Shown here one piece after another: positions 26,196 through 35,203 of a stretch of 36,324 bases of DNA (positions within the stretch are counted from its first letter, which is position 1; each line of letters begins with the position of its first letter). A program made the translations under genes and the position numbers. The notes under the pieces were generated by a model. The model was given only the letters and a program-made list of their open reading frames with translations. It did no database searches and was not told where the DNA came from. Source of the DNA: Deltaproteobacteria bacterium (GTDB taxonomy: Bacteria; CG2-30-53-67); contig JAADIO010000059.1 of NCBI GenBank assembly GCA_013151235.1, positions 1 through 36,324 on the forward strand, written 5' to 3'.

Positions 26196-27905
26196 ATGGT
26201 AAAGATCGCAATCGATCCGGTCACCAGAATCGAAGGACACCTGAGAATTGAAGCAAAGGTGGAAGGCGGAAAGGTCGTCGATGCCTGGTCGTCGAGTACC
26301 ATGTTCCGGGGGATCGAGCTGATTCTCAAGGGCCGCGACCCCAGGGATGCCTGGGCCTTTACCCAACGGGCCTGCGGCGTCTGCACCACCGTCCACGCTT
26401 TTGCTTCGATCCGGGCGGTGGAAAACGCCCTCGATATCACGATCCCCGATAATGCCCGGATCATCCGGAACATCATCTCGGCCGTCCAGTTCGTGCAGGA
26501 CCATGTGATTCATTTTTACCATCTCCATGCCCTCGACTGGGTTGATATCATCAGCGCCCTTTCGGCCGACCCGGCAAAGACCGCGGCCCTGGCCCAGTCA
26601 ATCTCGGACTGGCCGAATTCCTCCGTCACCTACTTCCGGGAGACCAAGGCAAAGATCCAGACCTTCGTCGATTCAGGACAGCTCGGCCCCTTTTCCAATG
26701 CCTACTGGGGACATCCGGCTTACAAACTTCCGCCCGAGGCCAACCTCATGGCCGTCTCCCACTATCTGGAGGCCCTCGACTGGCAGCGGGACATCATCCG
26801 GATTCACGCCCTCCTCGGCGCCAAGAATCCCCACCTGCAGACCTTTCTCGTGGGAGGGATGGCGGTCCCCGTCGACCCGAACAGCCAGAACGCACTGAAC
26901 GCAGGGAGTCTCGCCTTCATGAAGGAACTGGCAACGAAAATCCGCCGGTTCGTGGAACAGGTCTACATCCCCGACCTGCTCGCCGTAGCCTCCTTTTACA
27001 AGGAGTGGGCCGCGTACGGCGGCGGCGTGGGCAATTATCTCGTCTATGGAGAATTCCCGAACAACAACGTAAGCAACACCGACAACCTATGGCTTCCCCG
27101 GGGGATCATCATGAACCGCGACCTCTCCACGGTCCTCCCCGTGGACCAGGAGAAAATCCGTGAATACGTCACCCACTCCTGGTATGAATACCCGGAAGGG
27201 AACGCAACGGGGAGACACCCCTATGAAGGGGAAACAAACGACCGGTACACGGGGCCGAAACCGCCTTACGACTTTCTGAACACGGATGCCGAATACAGCT
27301 GGCTCAAGGCTCCCCGCTACGAGGAGACCTCCATGGAGGTCGGTCCCCTGGCCCGGATGCTCGTGGCTTACGCCTCGGGTCATGCAGAGGTCAAGGCAGC
27401 GGTCAATCTCGTCCTGGGCAAACTCGGCGTCGGGCCGGAGGCGCTCTTCTCCACCCTCGGCCGGACGGCGGCACGCGGCGTGGAGACTCTCGTCATCGCC
27501 GACAGGCTCCCCGGCTGGATCGATGAACTTGCCGCCAACATGAAGAAGGGGGACCTGCGGGTTCATGCCGACGAAAAATGGGACCCTGCAACCTGGCCGA
27601 AAACGGCACAGGGATACGGCTGGTATGAGGCCCCCCGGGGGGCATTGGGACACTGGATCAAAATCAGGAAGACCAAGATCGACAATTACCAGATGGTCGT
27701 GCCGAGTACCTGGAACGGCTCTCCCATGGACGCCGGGGGCAAAAAAGGTCCCTGGGAGGCCGCGATCATCGGGACCCCCGTAGCGGATCCGGAGAAACCG
27801 CTGGAGATCCTCCGGACCGTCCACTCCTTCGACCCCTGCATGGCCTGCGCCGTCCATGTCATCGATCCCGAAGGGAAGGAAGTGATCCGAGTCAAGGTGA
27901 TCTAA
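26196..27905 (+). CDS. Group 1 [NiFe]-hydrogenase large subunit
   Basis: RBS aaggag before ATG26196; IDPVTRIEGH, L1 QRACGVCTTVH, L2 SFDPCMACAVH, plus a cleavable C-terminal extension. Confidence 0.96.
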   Translation: MVKIAIDPVTRIEGHLRIEAKVEGGKVVDAWSSSTMFRGIELILKGRDPRDAWAFTQRACGVCTTVHAFASIRAVENALDITIPDNARIIRNIISAVQFVQDHVIHFYHLHALDWVDIISALSADPAKTAALAQSISDWPNSSVTYFRETKAKIQTFVDSGQLGPFSNAYWGHPAYKLPPEANLMAVSHYLEALDWQRDIIRIHALLGAKNPHLQTFLVGGMAVPVDPNSQNALNAGSLAFMKELATKIRRFVEQVYIPDLLAVASFYKEWAAYGGGVGNYLVYGEFPNNNVSNTDNLWLPRGIIMNRDLSTVLPVDQEKIREYVTHSWYEYPEGNATGRHPYEGETNDRYTGPKPPYDFLNTDAEYSWLKAPRYEETSMEVGPLARMLVAYASGHAEVKAAVNLVLGKLGVGPEALFSTLGRTAARGVETLVIADRLPGWIDELAANMKKGDLRVHADEKWDPATWPKTAQGYGWYEAPRGALGHWIKIRKTKIDNYQMVVPSTWNGSPMDAGGKKGPWEAAIIGTPVADPEKPLEILRTVHSFDPCMACAVHVIDPEGKEVIRVKVI

Positions 27906-27921
27906 GAGGAAGGAGACCGTC

Positions 27922-28578
27922 ATGCCCCGAGAACGCATCCGCACCTACGCATGGGAGATCCCGGTCCGCCTCACCCACTGGGTGAATTTCCTCTGTATCA
28001 TCATACTGGTCGTCACCGGCTTTTACATCGGAAGGCCCTATGTCCGGACCGGCAGTCCGTATCTCATGGGGTGGATGCGATTCATTCACTTCACAGCCGC
28101 TTATCTCTTCGTGATGAGCCTGTTGGTCCGAATCTACTGGGCCTTTGCCGGAAACAAATATGCAAGCTGGCGGGTCTGGCTCCTCCTCACAAAGCGGCAA
28201 TGGAAGGATTTTTGGGGAGCATTGAAATTCTATCTCTTTCTCAGCAAGCATCCTCCCTCCGCCGTAGGACATACGGCCATCGCCGGGTTCACCTACTTTT
28301 TCGTCTTCCTCCTTTTCGGGTGGCAGATCCTCTCCGGCTTTGCCCTCTATTCTCTTTCTCATACGGGAGTCCTCTGGCTCTACCTGGGCGGCTGGCTGAC
28401 GGGTGTGATGCATCTGCAAACGATCCGTCTCTACCATCACCTGGCGACATACGCCATTATTTCCTTTGCCGCAGCCCATGTCTACATTGCCTGGTACCTG
28501 ACACTGAAAGAGCGGAACGGATTAATGGGATCGATCTTTGACGGGTATAAGTTTGTGACGGGGAAAGAATGGGAGTAG
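27922..28578 (+). CDS. Ni/Fe-hydrogenase b-type cytochrome subunit
   Basis: VRLTHW, RFIHF, LYHHL, AHVY heme-ligand histidines, four hydrophobic segments, SIFDGYK. Confidence 0.93.
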   Translation: MPRERIRTYAWEIPVRLTHWVNFLCIIILVVTGFYIGRPYVRTGSPYLMGWMRFIHFTAAYLFVMSLLVRIYWAFAGNKYASWRVWLLLTKRQWKDFWGALKFYLFLSKHPPSAVGHTAIAGFTYFFVFLLFGWQILSGFALYSLSHTGVLWLYLGGWLTGVMHLQTIRLYHHLATYAIISFAAAHVYIAWYLTLKERNGLMGSIFDGYKFVTGKEWE

Positions 28579-28633
28579 TTATCGTAAGGAACCTGAGCGG
28601 TAACTCCAAGAAAAAAACTATGCGAAATTTCCT

Positions 28634-29176
28634 ATGAACGATACACACCAGGGAAAGATCGCCGTGGTCGGTATCGGGAACCTGCTTCTCACCGATGACG
28701 GGATCGGGATTCATGCCCTGCGGGAATTAGAAGCACGCTATCGATTCCCCGGTCATGTCGATCTCCTCGACGGGGGGACGATGGGGCTCGACCTCCTCCC
28801 CTTTTTAGAGGGAAAGGACCGGATCCTCTTTTTGGATGCCGTCAGTTTCGGAAAAGCTCCGGGGACGATCGGTGAACTGAACAACGGAGAGATCCCCGGC
28901 TTCTTCGCAACCAAGCTTTCCGTCCATCAGATTGCTCTGCCTGATCTGTTGGGAGCCGGCAGGCTCCTCGGTACGCTCCCGGAACGGATGTGCCTGATCG
29001 GGATCGAACCGGAAAGCATCGAAAGCGGATACGGTCTCAGCCCTACGCTGGGGGAACAACTGGAAGGTTATCTGACCGCCGTTCTCGAAAGACTGGCCGA
29101 ATGGGGCGTTCATCCATCCGCCGTTGAATATGAGAATGACGAGCGGTGCCGGTCCATGAAAGCACCGACGACTTGA
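28634..29176 (+). CDS. Hydrogenase maturation protease (HyaD/HybD family)
   Basis: GIGNLLLTDDGIG, DGGT, LDAV, SVHQ. Confidence 0.94.
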   Translation: MNDTHQGKIAVVGIGNLLLTDDGIGIHALRELEARYRFPGHVDLLDGGTMGLDLLPFLEGKDRILFLDAVSFGKAPGTIGELNNGEIPGFFATKLSVHQIALPDLLGAGRLLGTLPERMCLIGIEPESIESGYGLSPTLGEQLEGYLTAVLERLAEWGVHPSAVEYENDERCRSMKAPTT

Positions 29177-29204
29177 CCCTTGACTCCGAAACCCTGGTTT
29201 TATT

Positions 29205-29483
29205 ATGTGCCTTGCCATCCCCTCCCGCATCACGGAGATTGAGAACCTCACCGCCACCATCGATGTTCTGGGCGCCGCCCGCAAGATCAGTCTTATCCTC
29301 CTGCCCGAACCGGCCGCCGTAGATGACTATGTTCTTGTCCACGCAGGATTCGCCCTTCAGAAGATCTGCAGGGAGGATGCCCTCGACTCGATCCGGATCC
29401 TCCATGAGATCGCACGGCAGATGGAGGAGGAAGATCCGTTGAAGGTGCAGGAAAGACCTGAATCCCCCGGCAAAACTCCATGA
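29205..29483 (+). CDS. hypC: Hydrogenase chaperone HypC
   Basis: MCLAIP N-terminus, DYVLVHAGFA. Confidence 0.95.
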   Translation: MCLAIPSRITEIENLTATIDVLGAARKISLILLPEPAAVDDYVLVHAGFALQKICREDALDSIRILHEIARQMEEEDPLKVQERPESPGKTP

Positions 29484-29523
29484 TCCTCCCGCAACACTTT
29501 CCGATCACAAACAGGGTTGAAAA

Positions 29524-30651
29524 TCAGACCTGCCGGAACCGGTAATAGGCGTTGCAGGCGCCTTCGGAAGAAACCATGCAGGCCCCCGCCGGATGATCGG
29601 GGGTACACCCCTTTCCAAAGAGGGTGCAATGAAGCGGTTCCGCCTTGCCCCGAAGGACCTCCCCGCAGAGACAGGCAGGATGTTCACAAGGTTCTCCGAC
29701 AGGGAGAACATCTTCATAGACGATTTCCGCATCAAACCGGGCGTATTCCTCTTTCAGACGAAGGCCGCTTTCCGGAATCGACCCGATCCCCCGCCAGGAA
29801 AAGCTCTTTCGGGGAACAAAATATCTCTCCATCAATTCCTGCGCCTTGGGATTCCCTTCAAAATCAACGGCCCGGTCGTACTGGATTTCCACCTCCCGCC
29901 TGCCTTCCGCAGCCTGGCGAACAATCATGAGCACACTTTCGAGAAGATCCACCGGTTCAAAGCCGGAAACCACGATGGGAACTTCGTATTGTGCTGCGAT
30001 GGAACGATAGATCCCGGCCCCGGTAATCACGCTGACATGACCGGGGGCAATGAAGGCCTGCACTTTCACATGATCATCGGCCATGATCGCATGGAGGGCC
30101 GGAGAGATCAACACATGGTTGACGTGAAAGAAGATGTTCTCCCGCTCCTCCTTTAGAACCCGATCCACAAGCGCCGCAGTTAAAGGCGCCGTCGTTTCGA
30201 AACCGATCGCGAAATAGACAATTCTTTTCTCCGGATTTGCTCCGGCGATTTTCAGAACCTCCAGGGGGGAATAGACGGTCCGCACATCCCGTCCCCCCGC
30301 CCGTTCCAGAATCAGGGAACTCTCCGAACCGGGCACCCGCATCATATCGCCCAGGGTCACCAGGATCACGCCCTCCTGCCGGGCCAATGCAATGGCATGG
30401 TCGATCCTCCCCTTCGGCATGATGCAGACGGGACAGCCCGGCCCGTGCAGAAAAGAAATTCCATCCGGCAGCAACTGGTGCAAACCGTAGTGCATGATCA
30501 CATGGGTATGCCCGCCGCAGACCTCCATGATTCGAAGGGACGGACCCGCCTCTTCACAAATCCGGGCGGCCAGGGCGGTGATCGCTTCCCCGCTTCGGAG
30601 ACTCTGAAAGTCACCGGTCAATCGCCGTTCCATTGGATCCTCCACGGTCAA
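29524..30651 (-). CDS. hypD: Hydrogenase maturation protein HypD
   Basis: MEVCGGHT, GPGCPVC, GFETT, PGHVS, C.CG.VL.G...P..C..F...C.P..P.GACMVSSEGAC. Exact start uncertain. Confidence 0.95.
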   Translation of the reverse strand: MTVEDPMERRLTGDFQSLRSGEAITALAARICEEAGPSLRIMEVCGGHTHVIMHYGLHQLLPDGISFLHGPGCPVCIMPKGRIDHAIALARQEGVILVTLGDMMRVPGSESSLILERAGGRDVRTVYSPLEVLKIAGANPEKRIVYFAIGFETTAPLTAALVDRVLKEERENIFFHVNHVLISPALHAIMADDHVKVQAFIAPGHVSVITGAGIYRSIAAQYEVPIVVSGFEPVDLLESVLMIVRQAAEGRREVEIQYDRAVDFEGNPKAQELMERYFVPRKSFSWRGIGSIPESGLRLKEEYARFDAEIVYEDVLPVGEPCEHPACLCGEVLRGKAEPLHCTLFGKGCTPDHPAGACMVSSEGACNAYYRFRQV

Positions 30652-30654
30652 TCT

Positions 30655-30751
30655 TCCCTTTTCCGAAACGGTAGATCACGCGAAACCGACCGATTCGATA
30701 ACTCATCAATCCCTCCGGTTTATTTTTCAGGGCTTTCCCGGCGAAAGGCTT
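30655..30751 (-). pseudogene. Fragment of a RelE/ParE-family toxin gene
   Basis: Translates KPFAGKALKNKPEGLMSYRIGRFRVIYRF, the typical central/C-terminal RelE pattern; no plausible N-terminus, since upstream lies the nrdJ terminator. Confidence 0.6.
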
Positions 30752-30753
30752 CG

Positions 30754-30787
30754 AAACAAAAATAGGAGGCCCCGGCAAAGGGCCTCC
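30754..30787 (-). terminator. Intrinsic terminator of nrdJ
   Basis: Stem ggaggccc/gggcctcc (30765-30787) followed by TATTTTTGTTT on the minus strand. Confidence 0.75.
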
Positions 30788-30846
30788 CCGTGTCTTGAGC
30801 CAACCGCCCCCCAAGGTCGGGCGGCAACCTTGTTATCCTCGTTTTC

Positions 30847-33408
30847 TTAGCCGCACTTGGAGTAACCACAGGAAAGACATTTGAGACACCCTTCCGCCCG
30901 CTCCAGGGTCCCCACAGCCCCGCAGTCGGGACAGGTTGTCTGTTTGACGACCACTTGGTCCGTCTCAACATGCAACTTATGTTTGCCGTTTTTTCCGTTC
31001 GTCTTCATGTAGCGCCGCTCCAGGATCCGGGCGATGGCATCGGGGATGGAACGGACCAGCCCGTCCTTCTGAAAGATCGGATAATCCCCGCCGATCCCCT
31101 TGAGCTGACGGACGATCTTCTCTACAGGAACTCCATAACGAAGAGAGAGTGAAACCAGACGTCCGATCGCCTCGGTCTTCGCCATCGTCGACTGTCCCGA
31201 TTTACCGATCGTTGCAAAAACCTCGACCGGTTTGCCTTCCACCTCGTTTACGGTGATGTAAAGGGTGCCGTGACCCAGTTTCATCTTGGCGGTAAATCCC
31301 TCGAGAATGGCAGGACGTGACAAAACCCGTTCCGCCCGCGCTGGTATGGACCTTTGCGATTCAGGGACGGATAATGGCTCAGAACGCTCACTATCTTCCT
31401 TCCCCACGTTCAGGACCTGTCCCGCCTTGCTCCCGTCCCGGTAGATGGTAACCCCCTTGCAGCCGGTCTCATAGGCCCGGATGTAGACCTCCTCCACATC
31501 TGAGATGGTGGCGTCATGGGGGAAATTGACGGTTTTGGAGACGGCATTATCCGTATATTTCTGGAAGGCCGCCTGCATCCGGATATGCCACTCCGGAGTC
31601 ACATCGTGCGCCGTAACGAAGACCTCCCGGACCTCGCGGGGGACCTCCTCCATCCCCTGGAGCGTACCCTTTTCGGCAATTCGGGCCATCAATTCTTCGG
31701 AATAGAACCCCTTCTCGATGGCAATCTTCCGGAAGGACTCGTTCACCTCAATCAGTTTATCGTTGTCCATCACATTTCGGTAATAAGAGAGAGCAAAGAT
31801 CGGCTCGATCCCGGAAGAACAGTTTGCAATGATCGAAAGAGTCCCCGTGGGGGCGATGGTCGTCATCGTGGCGTTCCGCACCTTCGGCATCCCCTTGTTG
31901 TCAAAAATACTTCCCTTGAAGTTGGGGAAGGCCCCCCGGACGGCAGCCAGTTCCTTCGAGGCTGTTCGGGCCTCCTTCCGGATAAACGACATGACCTTCT
32001 CGGCAAGGTCGATCGCCCGCTCCGAGTTATAGGGAATATTCAGGGCGATAAGGAGATCGGCCCATCCCATAATGCCGAGACCGATCTTCCGGTTCCCCTG
32101 CACCCGGTCCCGGATCTTTTTCAGGGGGAACTTCGACATATCAATCACATTATCCAGAAAATTAACCGAGGTATGCACAATACGGGAAAGTTGCTCATAG
32201 TCGACTTCCGGAAATCCGTCCCGGGATTTGACCACCCGTGCCAGATTGATGGACCCGAGGTTGCAAGCCTCGTAAGGAAGGAGGGGCTGCTCGCCGCAAG
32301 GGTTGGTCGATTCAATCTCCCCCAAAAGAGGCGTCGGGTTGTCCCGGTTCAGGCGATCCAAGAAGACAATCCCGGGATCACCGTTCTTCCAGGCCAGTTG
32401 AACGATCTCGTCGAAGACCTCCTTCGCATCAAGCTGCCCCGCCAATCCCTTTGTATAGGGATCGACCAGATCATAGGGTTTCCCGGCCTTGGCCGCTTCC
32501 ATAAAAGCCTCGGTCAGCCCGACGGAAAGGTTAAAATTATTGAGGCTTCCGTCATTCTCTTTGGCATGGATAAACTCAAGGATATCGGGATGATCCACCC
32601 GGAGTATCCCCATGTTCGCTCCCCTGCGGGTCCCCCCCTGCTTCACCTGCTCCGTCGCCGTATTGAAAATCCGCATGAAAGAGATCGGACCGGAAGCAAC
32701 CCCGCCGGTGGAACCGACCTGTGAGTTCTTGGGCCGGAGACGGGAGAAGGAGAAACCGGTACCGCCGCCCGACTTGTGGATCAGGGCCGCATGTTTCAGG
32801 GAATCGAAAATCCCCTCCATGGAATCATCCACGGGAAGAACAAAGCAGGCGGAAAGCTGCTGCAACTCCCGGCCGGCATTCATCAGGGTCGGAGAGTTGG
32901 GCAAAAACTCGAGATTGGTCATCAACCGGTAAAAAATCCGGGCTTTCTCCGGCACGTTGGCCTTTTTATCGTAGATCCGCTCCGCCCCGGCAATGTTCTT
33001 CGCCACCCGGAGAAACATATCCTTCGGGGCCTCGAGCGGTCGGTTCTTTTCATCTTTTTTCAGATAGCGCCGCTCCAGAACACGAACAGCATTTGGAGAA
33101 AGATCAAGGGAAGGTAAAGATTCCGAGGGAGTCACGGGGAAAGCCACCGCAGGCATGCGCTTGATCCCGTAATACATCAGCTTCGCTTCGATCAGTTTCT
33201 GCATGACCGGCTGCGTCAGCGGCTTATTCTTGTGGGAGGCAAACTCCTTTTCAATATCCCGGCTGATCATCGAAGCCACCTCTTCACTGCCGTGATTGCC
33301 CCGGACCAGGGCATCGACAAAGGAATCCCGGTCCCATACGGAAGCAAGCTCCTCCCGGTTTCGATCCAGGACTTCACCAACCGACTCTACACCTTTTTTG
33401 CCTGACAT
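30847..33408 (-). CDS. nrdJ: Adenosylcobalamin-dependent (class II) ribonucleotide reductase with TSCPD domain and C-terminal Zn ribbon
   Basis: PNSPTLMNAG, LSACFV, GGGTG, TNPCGEQPL..YEACNLGS, APTGT, NAVSKTVN, KGVTIYRDGS, SIPDAI, CPDCG..EGC..C..CGYSKC. Confidence 0.95.
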   Translation of the reverse strand: MSGKKGVESVGEVLDRNREELASVWDRDSFVDALVRGNHGSEEVASMISRDIEKEFASHKNKPLTQPVMQKLIEAKLMYYGIKRMPAVAFPVTPSESLPSLDLSPNAVRVLERRYLKKDEKNRPLEAPKDMFLRVAKNIAGAERIYDKKANVPEKARIFYRLMTNLEFLPNSPTLMNAGRELQQLSACFVLPVDDSMEGIFDSLKHAALIHKSGGGTGFSFSRLRPKNSQVGSTGGVASGPISFMRIFNTATEQVKQGGTRRGANMGILRVDHPDILEFIHAKENDGSLNNFNLSVGLTEAFMEAAKAGKPYDLVDPYTKGLAGQLDAKEVFDEIVQLAWKNGDPGIVFLDRLNRDNPTPLLGEIESTNPCGEQPLLPYEACNLGSINLARVVKSRDGFPEVDYEQLSRIVHTSVNFLDNVIDMSKFPLKKIRDRVQGNRKIGLGIMGWADLLIALNIPYNSERAIDLAEKVMSFIRKEARTASKELAAVRGAFPNFKGSIFDNKGMPKVRNATMTTIAPTGTLSIIANCSSGIEPIFALSYYRNVMDNDKLIEVNESFRKIAIEKGFYSEELMARIAEKGTLQGMEEVPREVREVFVTAHDVTPEWHIRMQAAFQKYTDNAVSKTVNFPHDATISDVEEVYIRAYETGCKGVTIYRDGSKAGQVLNVGKEDSERSEPLSVPESQRSIPARAERVLSRPAILEGFTAKMKLGHGTLYITVNEVEGKPVEVFATIGKSGQSTMAKTEAIGRLVSLSLRYGVPVEKIVRQLKGIGGDYPIFQKDGLVRSIPDAIARILERRYMKTNGKNGKHKLHVETDQVVVKQTTCPDCGAVGTLERAEGCLKCLSCGYSKCG

Positions 33409-33563
33409 CGCGATTTCCTCCCTCAGGGTAGCCAGTACCTAATCTTTTAAAGATAAAATCTGTCTGTATGGATTGGGTTGAAGATAATTACGGAATGATC
33501 TTTTCTGCAGGTCTTCCGGGACATGATGAATACCGGCGTCCTTTTCTCCACAACAACCTCCCG

Positions 33564-33607
33564 GAATGCCCACAGGATATTAACAGGATGTTCACAAGAA
33601 TCACACA
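33564..33607 (+). repeat. Four imperfect 11-bp tandem repeats in the nrdJ leader
   Basis: gaatgcccaca / ggatattaaca / ggatgttcaca / agaatcacaca. Confidence 0.55.
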
Positions 33608-33654
33608 ATGTTGTATATGAGTTGGGACTATACCACAATATTTAGTGATGTCAA
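33601..33654 (-). promoter_or_regulatory. nrdJ promoter with tandem NrdR boxes
   Basis: TTGACA-N16-TATAGT (33654-33627, extended -10 TG); the spacer TCACTAAATATTGTGG (33633-33648) matches the NrdR consensus; a weaker box lies at 33601-33616, 32 bp away. Confidence 0.75.
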
Positions 33655-33720
33655 GACTTTTATCTCAGAAAGTGCATGTGGATTATGGACCCTTGCAGTA
33701 CGGGGAAAAGCTCCGGGTCA

Positions 33721-33799
33721 CAAAGAGGTCAAGTCTGCTTTTGGCTCTTTTGGTTAGCATCTTTTTCAATAAGAGCCAAAAGCAGACTTGACCCCTTTG
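33721..33799. repeat. Long inverted repeat (29-bp arms, one mismatch, 21-nt spacer)
   Basis: caaagaggtcaagtctgcttttggctctt ... aagagccaaaagcagacttgacccctttg. Confidence 0.85.
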
Positions 33800-33813
33800 C
33801 TGTGTGTATAAAA

Positions 33814-33880
33814 TGGCGGGAGAGGGCGGGAATCGAACCCACCAGGCGGGGTGTTAAGCCGCCCCACCGGATTTGAAGTC
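33814..33880 (-). tRNA. selC: 3' fragment of tRNA-Sec (anticodon UCA); not a complete gene, probable att-site copy
   Basis: Minus strand GA-CTTCAAA-TCCGGT, long variable arm, GTGGG-TTCGATT-CCCGC (5-bp T stem), CCTCTCCC (8-nt acceptor strand), G, CCA: the 8/5 tRNA-Sec layout. Sequence 5' of the anticodon loop is AT-rich and cannot form the D arm or acceptor 5' strand. Confidence 0.88.
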
Positions 33881-34055
33881 TATTTTGATATGATTTGTAT
33901 GGATTAGCCAAGGTCAATAAAAGCATAAAAAACACTTGATTTGTCAAAGAGTTACATGCTATGTTGATTCATGGAAATCAACCTTGATTTTTGGCGTTTC
34001 GTGAAACGTACAAAACCAGAACAAGACCAAAAAATGAGTATCCCCGATATTCCGC

Positions 34056-34082
34056 TTGACGGATGAATTAACATAATGTTAA
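34056..34082 (+). promoter_or_regulatory. TA operon promoter with palindromic operator
   Basis: TTGACG at 34056-34061; perfect palindrome TTAACAT-A-ATGTTAA (34068-34082) over the spacer/-10 region. Confidence 0.55.
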
Positions 34083-34104
34083 CTTCAGGATACAGGACAG
34101 CGGG

Positions 34105-34416
34105 TTGAAAAAGGCACCGGATCAATTCAGCAGAAGCGAGGCTCTCAAACATATCCGGGAAAACTGGGTCAAGGGGTCGATTCTCTCCAGCAGGCATTTC
34201 AGGGAACGGCTGATCGAAAGAAATATCACCATGCAGGATGTGGCTTATGCCGTGAAGCATGGGAGAATCGAAGACCCGCCGGACCTCCACCCGAAAACAA
34301 ATGAATGGTGCTACAGGGTGAAGGGAAGAACAGTCGACAAGATACCGGTCACGGTCGTCATCGAACTGGGAGATCCGGATATCAACCGGCTGGTAACGGT
34401 CTATCCGGGAGAATAG
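34105..34416 (+). CDS. DUF4258-family putative toxin
   Basis: S.HFRERL.ER.IT..DV...V..G.I ... Y.V.G ... LVTVY pattern; directly upstream of an antitoxin-like gene; TTG start. Confidence 0.75.
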   Translation: MKKAPDQFSRSEALKHIRENWVKGSILSSRHFRERLIERNITMQDVAYAVKHGRIEDPPDLHPKTNEWCYRVKGRTVDKIPVTVVIELGDPDINRLVTVYPGE

Positions 34417-34418
34417 CG

Positions 34419-34916
34419 ATGAAGTGCATCAGTTGCGGCGCAAGGATGAAGAAAAAGATCGGCAACTATCGTTATGACGAATCCGGCCTGAAGGATGTGA
34501 CCCTGGCCGGGGTGCCGATATATACATGCCGTTGCGGGGAGATCTCTCCCCTGATCCGGAATACCGATGAACTGCACCGGGTCATTGCGTACATGCTCAC
34601 AAAGAAGACGGCTCCCCTAACCGGCCCCGAGTTCCGTTTTCTCCGGAAAGAGATGGGAATGAACGCCAAAGAGATTGCAAAACTCCTCGGGGTGTCACCG
34701 ATAACGGTTTCACGGTGGGAGACCGGCAACAAGAATATCGGAAACTCCAACGACCGGCTGATCCGCCTGATCTATATCCGGCACCTGGAAGGCCTCTGTT
34801 CAAAATTCATCGATACGGATATGAAAACGGTTCTGTACAACATCACCCCTGAACACTCCGGGAAAGTCACCATCCCCGTCGACCGGCTCCCCGATCTGCT
34901 TCCCTGTACGGTCTGA
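34419..34916 (+). CDS. MqsA/YgiT-type antitoxin (Zn finger + XRE HTH)
   Basis: MKCISCG...CRCGE Zn ribbon; LTGPEFRFLRKEMGMNAKEIAKLLGVSPITVSRWETG HTH; start 2 nt after the toxin stop. Confidence 0.88.
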   Translation: MKCISCGARMKKKIGNYRYDESGLKDVTLAGVPIYTCRCGEISPLIRNTDELHRVIAYMLTKKTAPLTGPEFRFLRKEMGMNAKEIAKLLGVSPITVSRWETGNKNIGNSNDRLIRLIYIRHLEGLCSKFIDTDMKTVLYNITPEHSGKVTIPVDRLPDLLPCTV

Positions 34917-35141
34917 TAACCACGATTGCCCTGAAATCCCGGTCGGAACCTGCTGAAAAATCCGGTGTCTTCATTTTTCTGCGCGACTTTTCCCTTTCTC
35001 AAGTTACTGATATAACAGAATGTCTTCAAAGAGTGGCGAGTTGCACCATCTGTCGGCACCTGAGCATACTCTCATAGCAACAAGGGGCACCAAGAAAATC
35101 GCCAATAACACCATACGGTTAGCCTATGCCACAAACAAACC

Positions 35142-35170
35142 TTGACAAACGGTTATTTTTTGAGTATTTT
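35142..35170 (+). promoter_or_regulatory. Putative sigma70 promoter of the PEP-CTERM gene
   Basis: TTGACA-N17-TATTTT. Confidence 0.5.
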
Positions 35171-35203
35171 GCTCTTGCGTATACAACCAAGGAGGGAAAG
35201 GCG

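Noticed and set aside
26196-27905. [NiFeSe]-hydrogenase, given the Sec machinery
   Set aside because: The L2 motif is DPCMAC with TGC codons and there is no in-frame TGA.
205-33164. Numerous long overlapping or antisense ORFs (e.g. 205-969, 10240-11325, 22736-24139, 24930-25976, 31516-32724)
   Set aside because: Shadow frames of well-supported GC-rich genes, with no recognisable motifs.
30847-33600. Intein in nrdJ or a cobalamin riboswitch in its leader
   Set aside because: The RNR motifs are contiguous with no splice-junction signatures, and I could not recognise a B12-box in the leader (an Rfam scan would be decisive).
33814-33910. Complete functional selC gene
   Set aside because: No 5' strand complementary to CCTCTCCC, no D arm, and only 2 bp of the anticodon stem can form.
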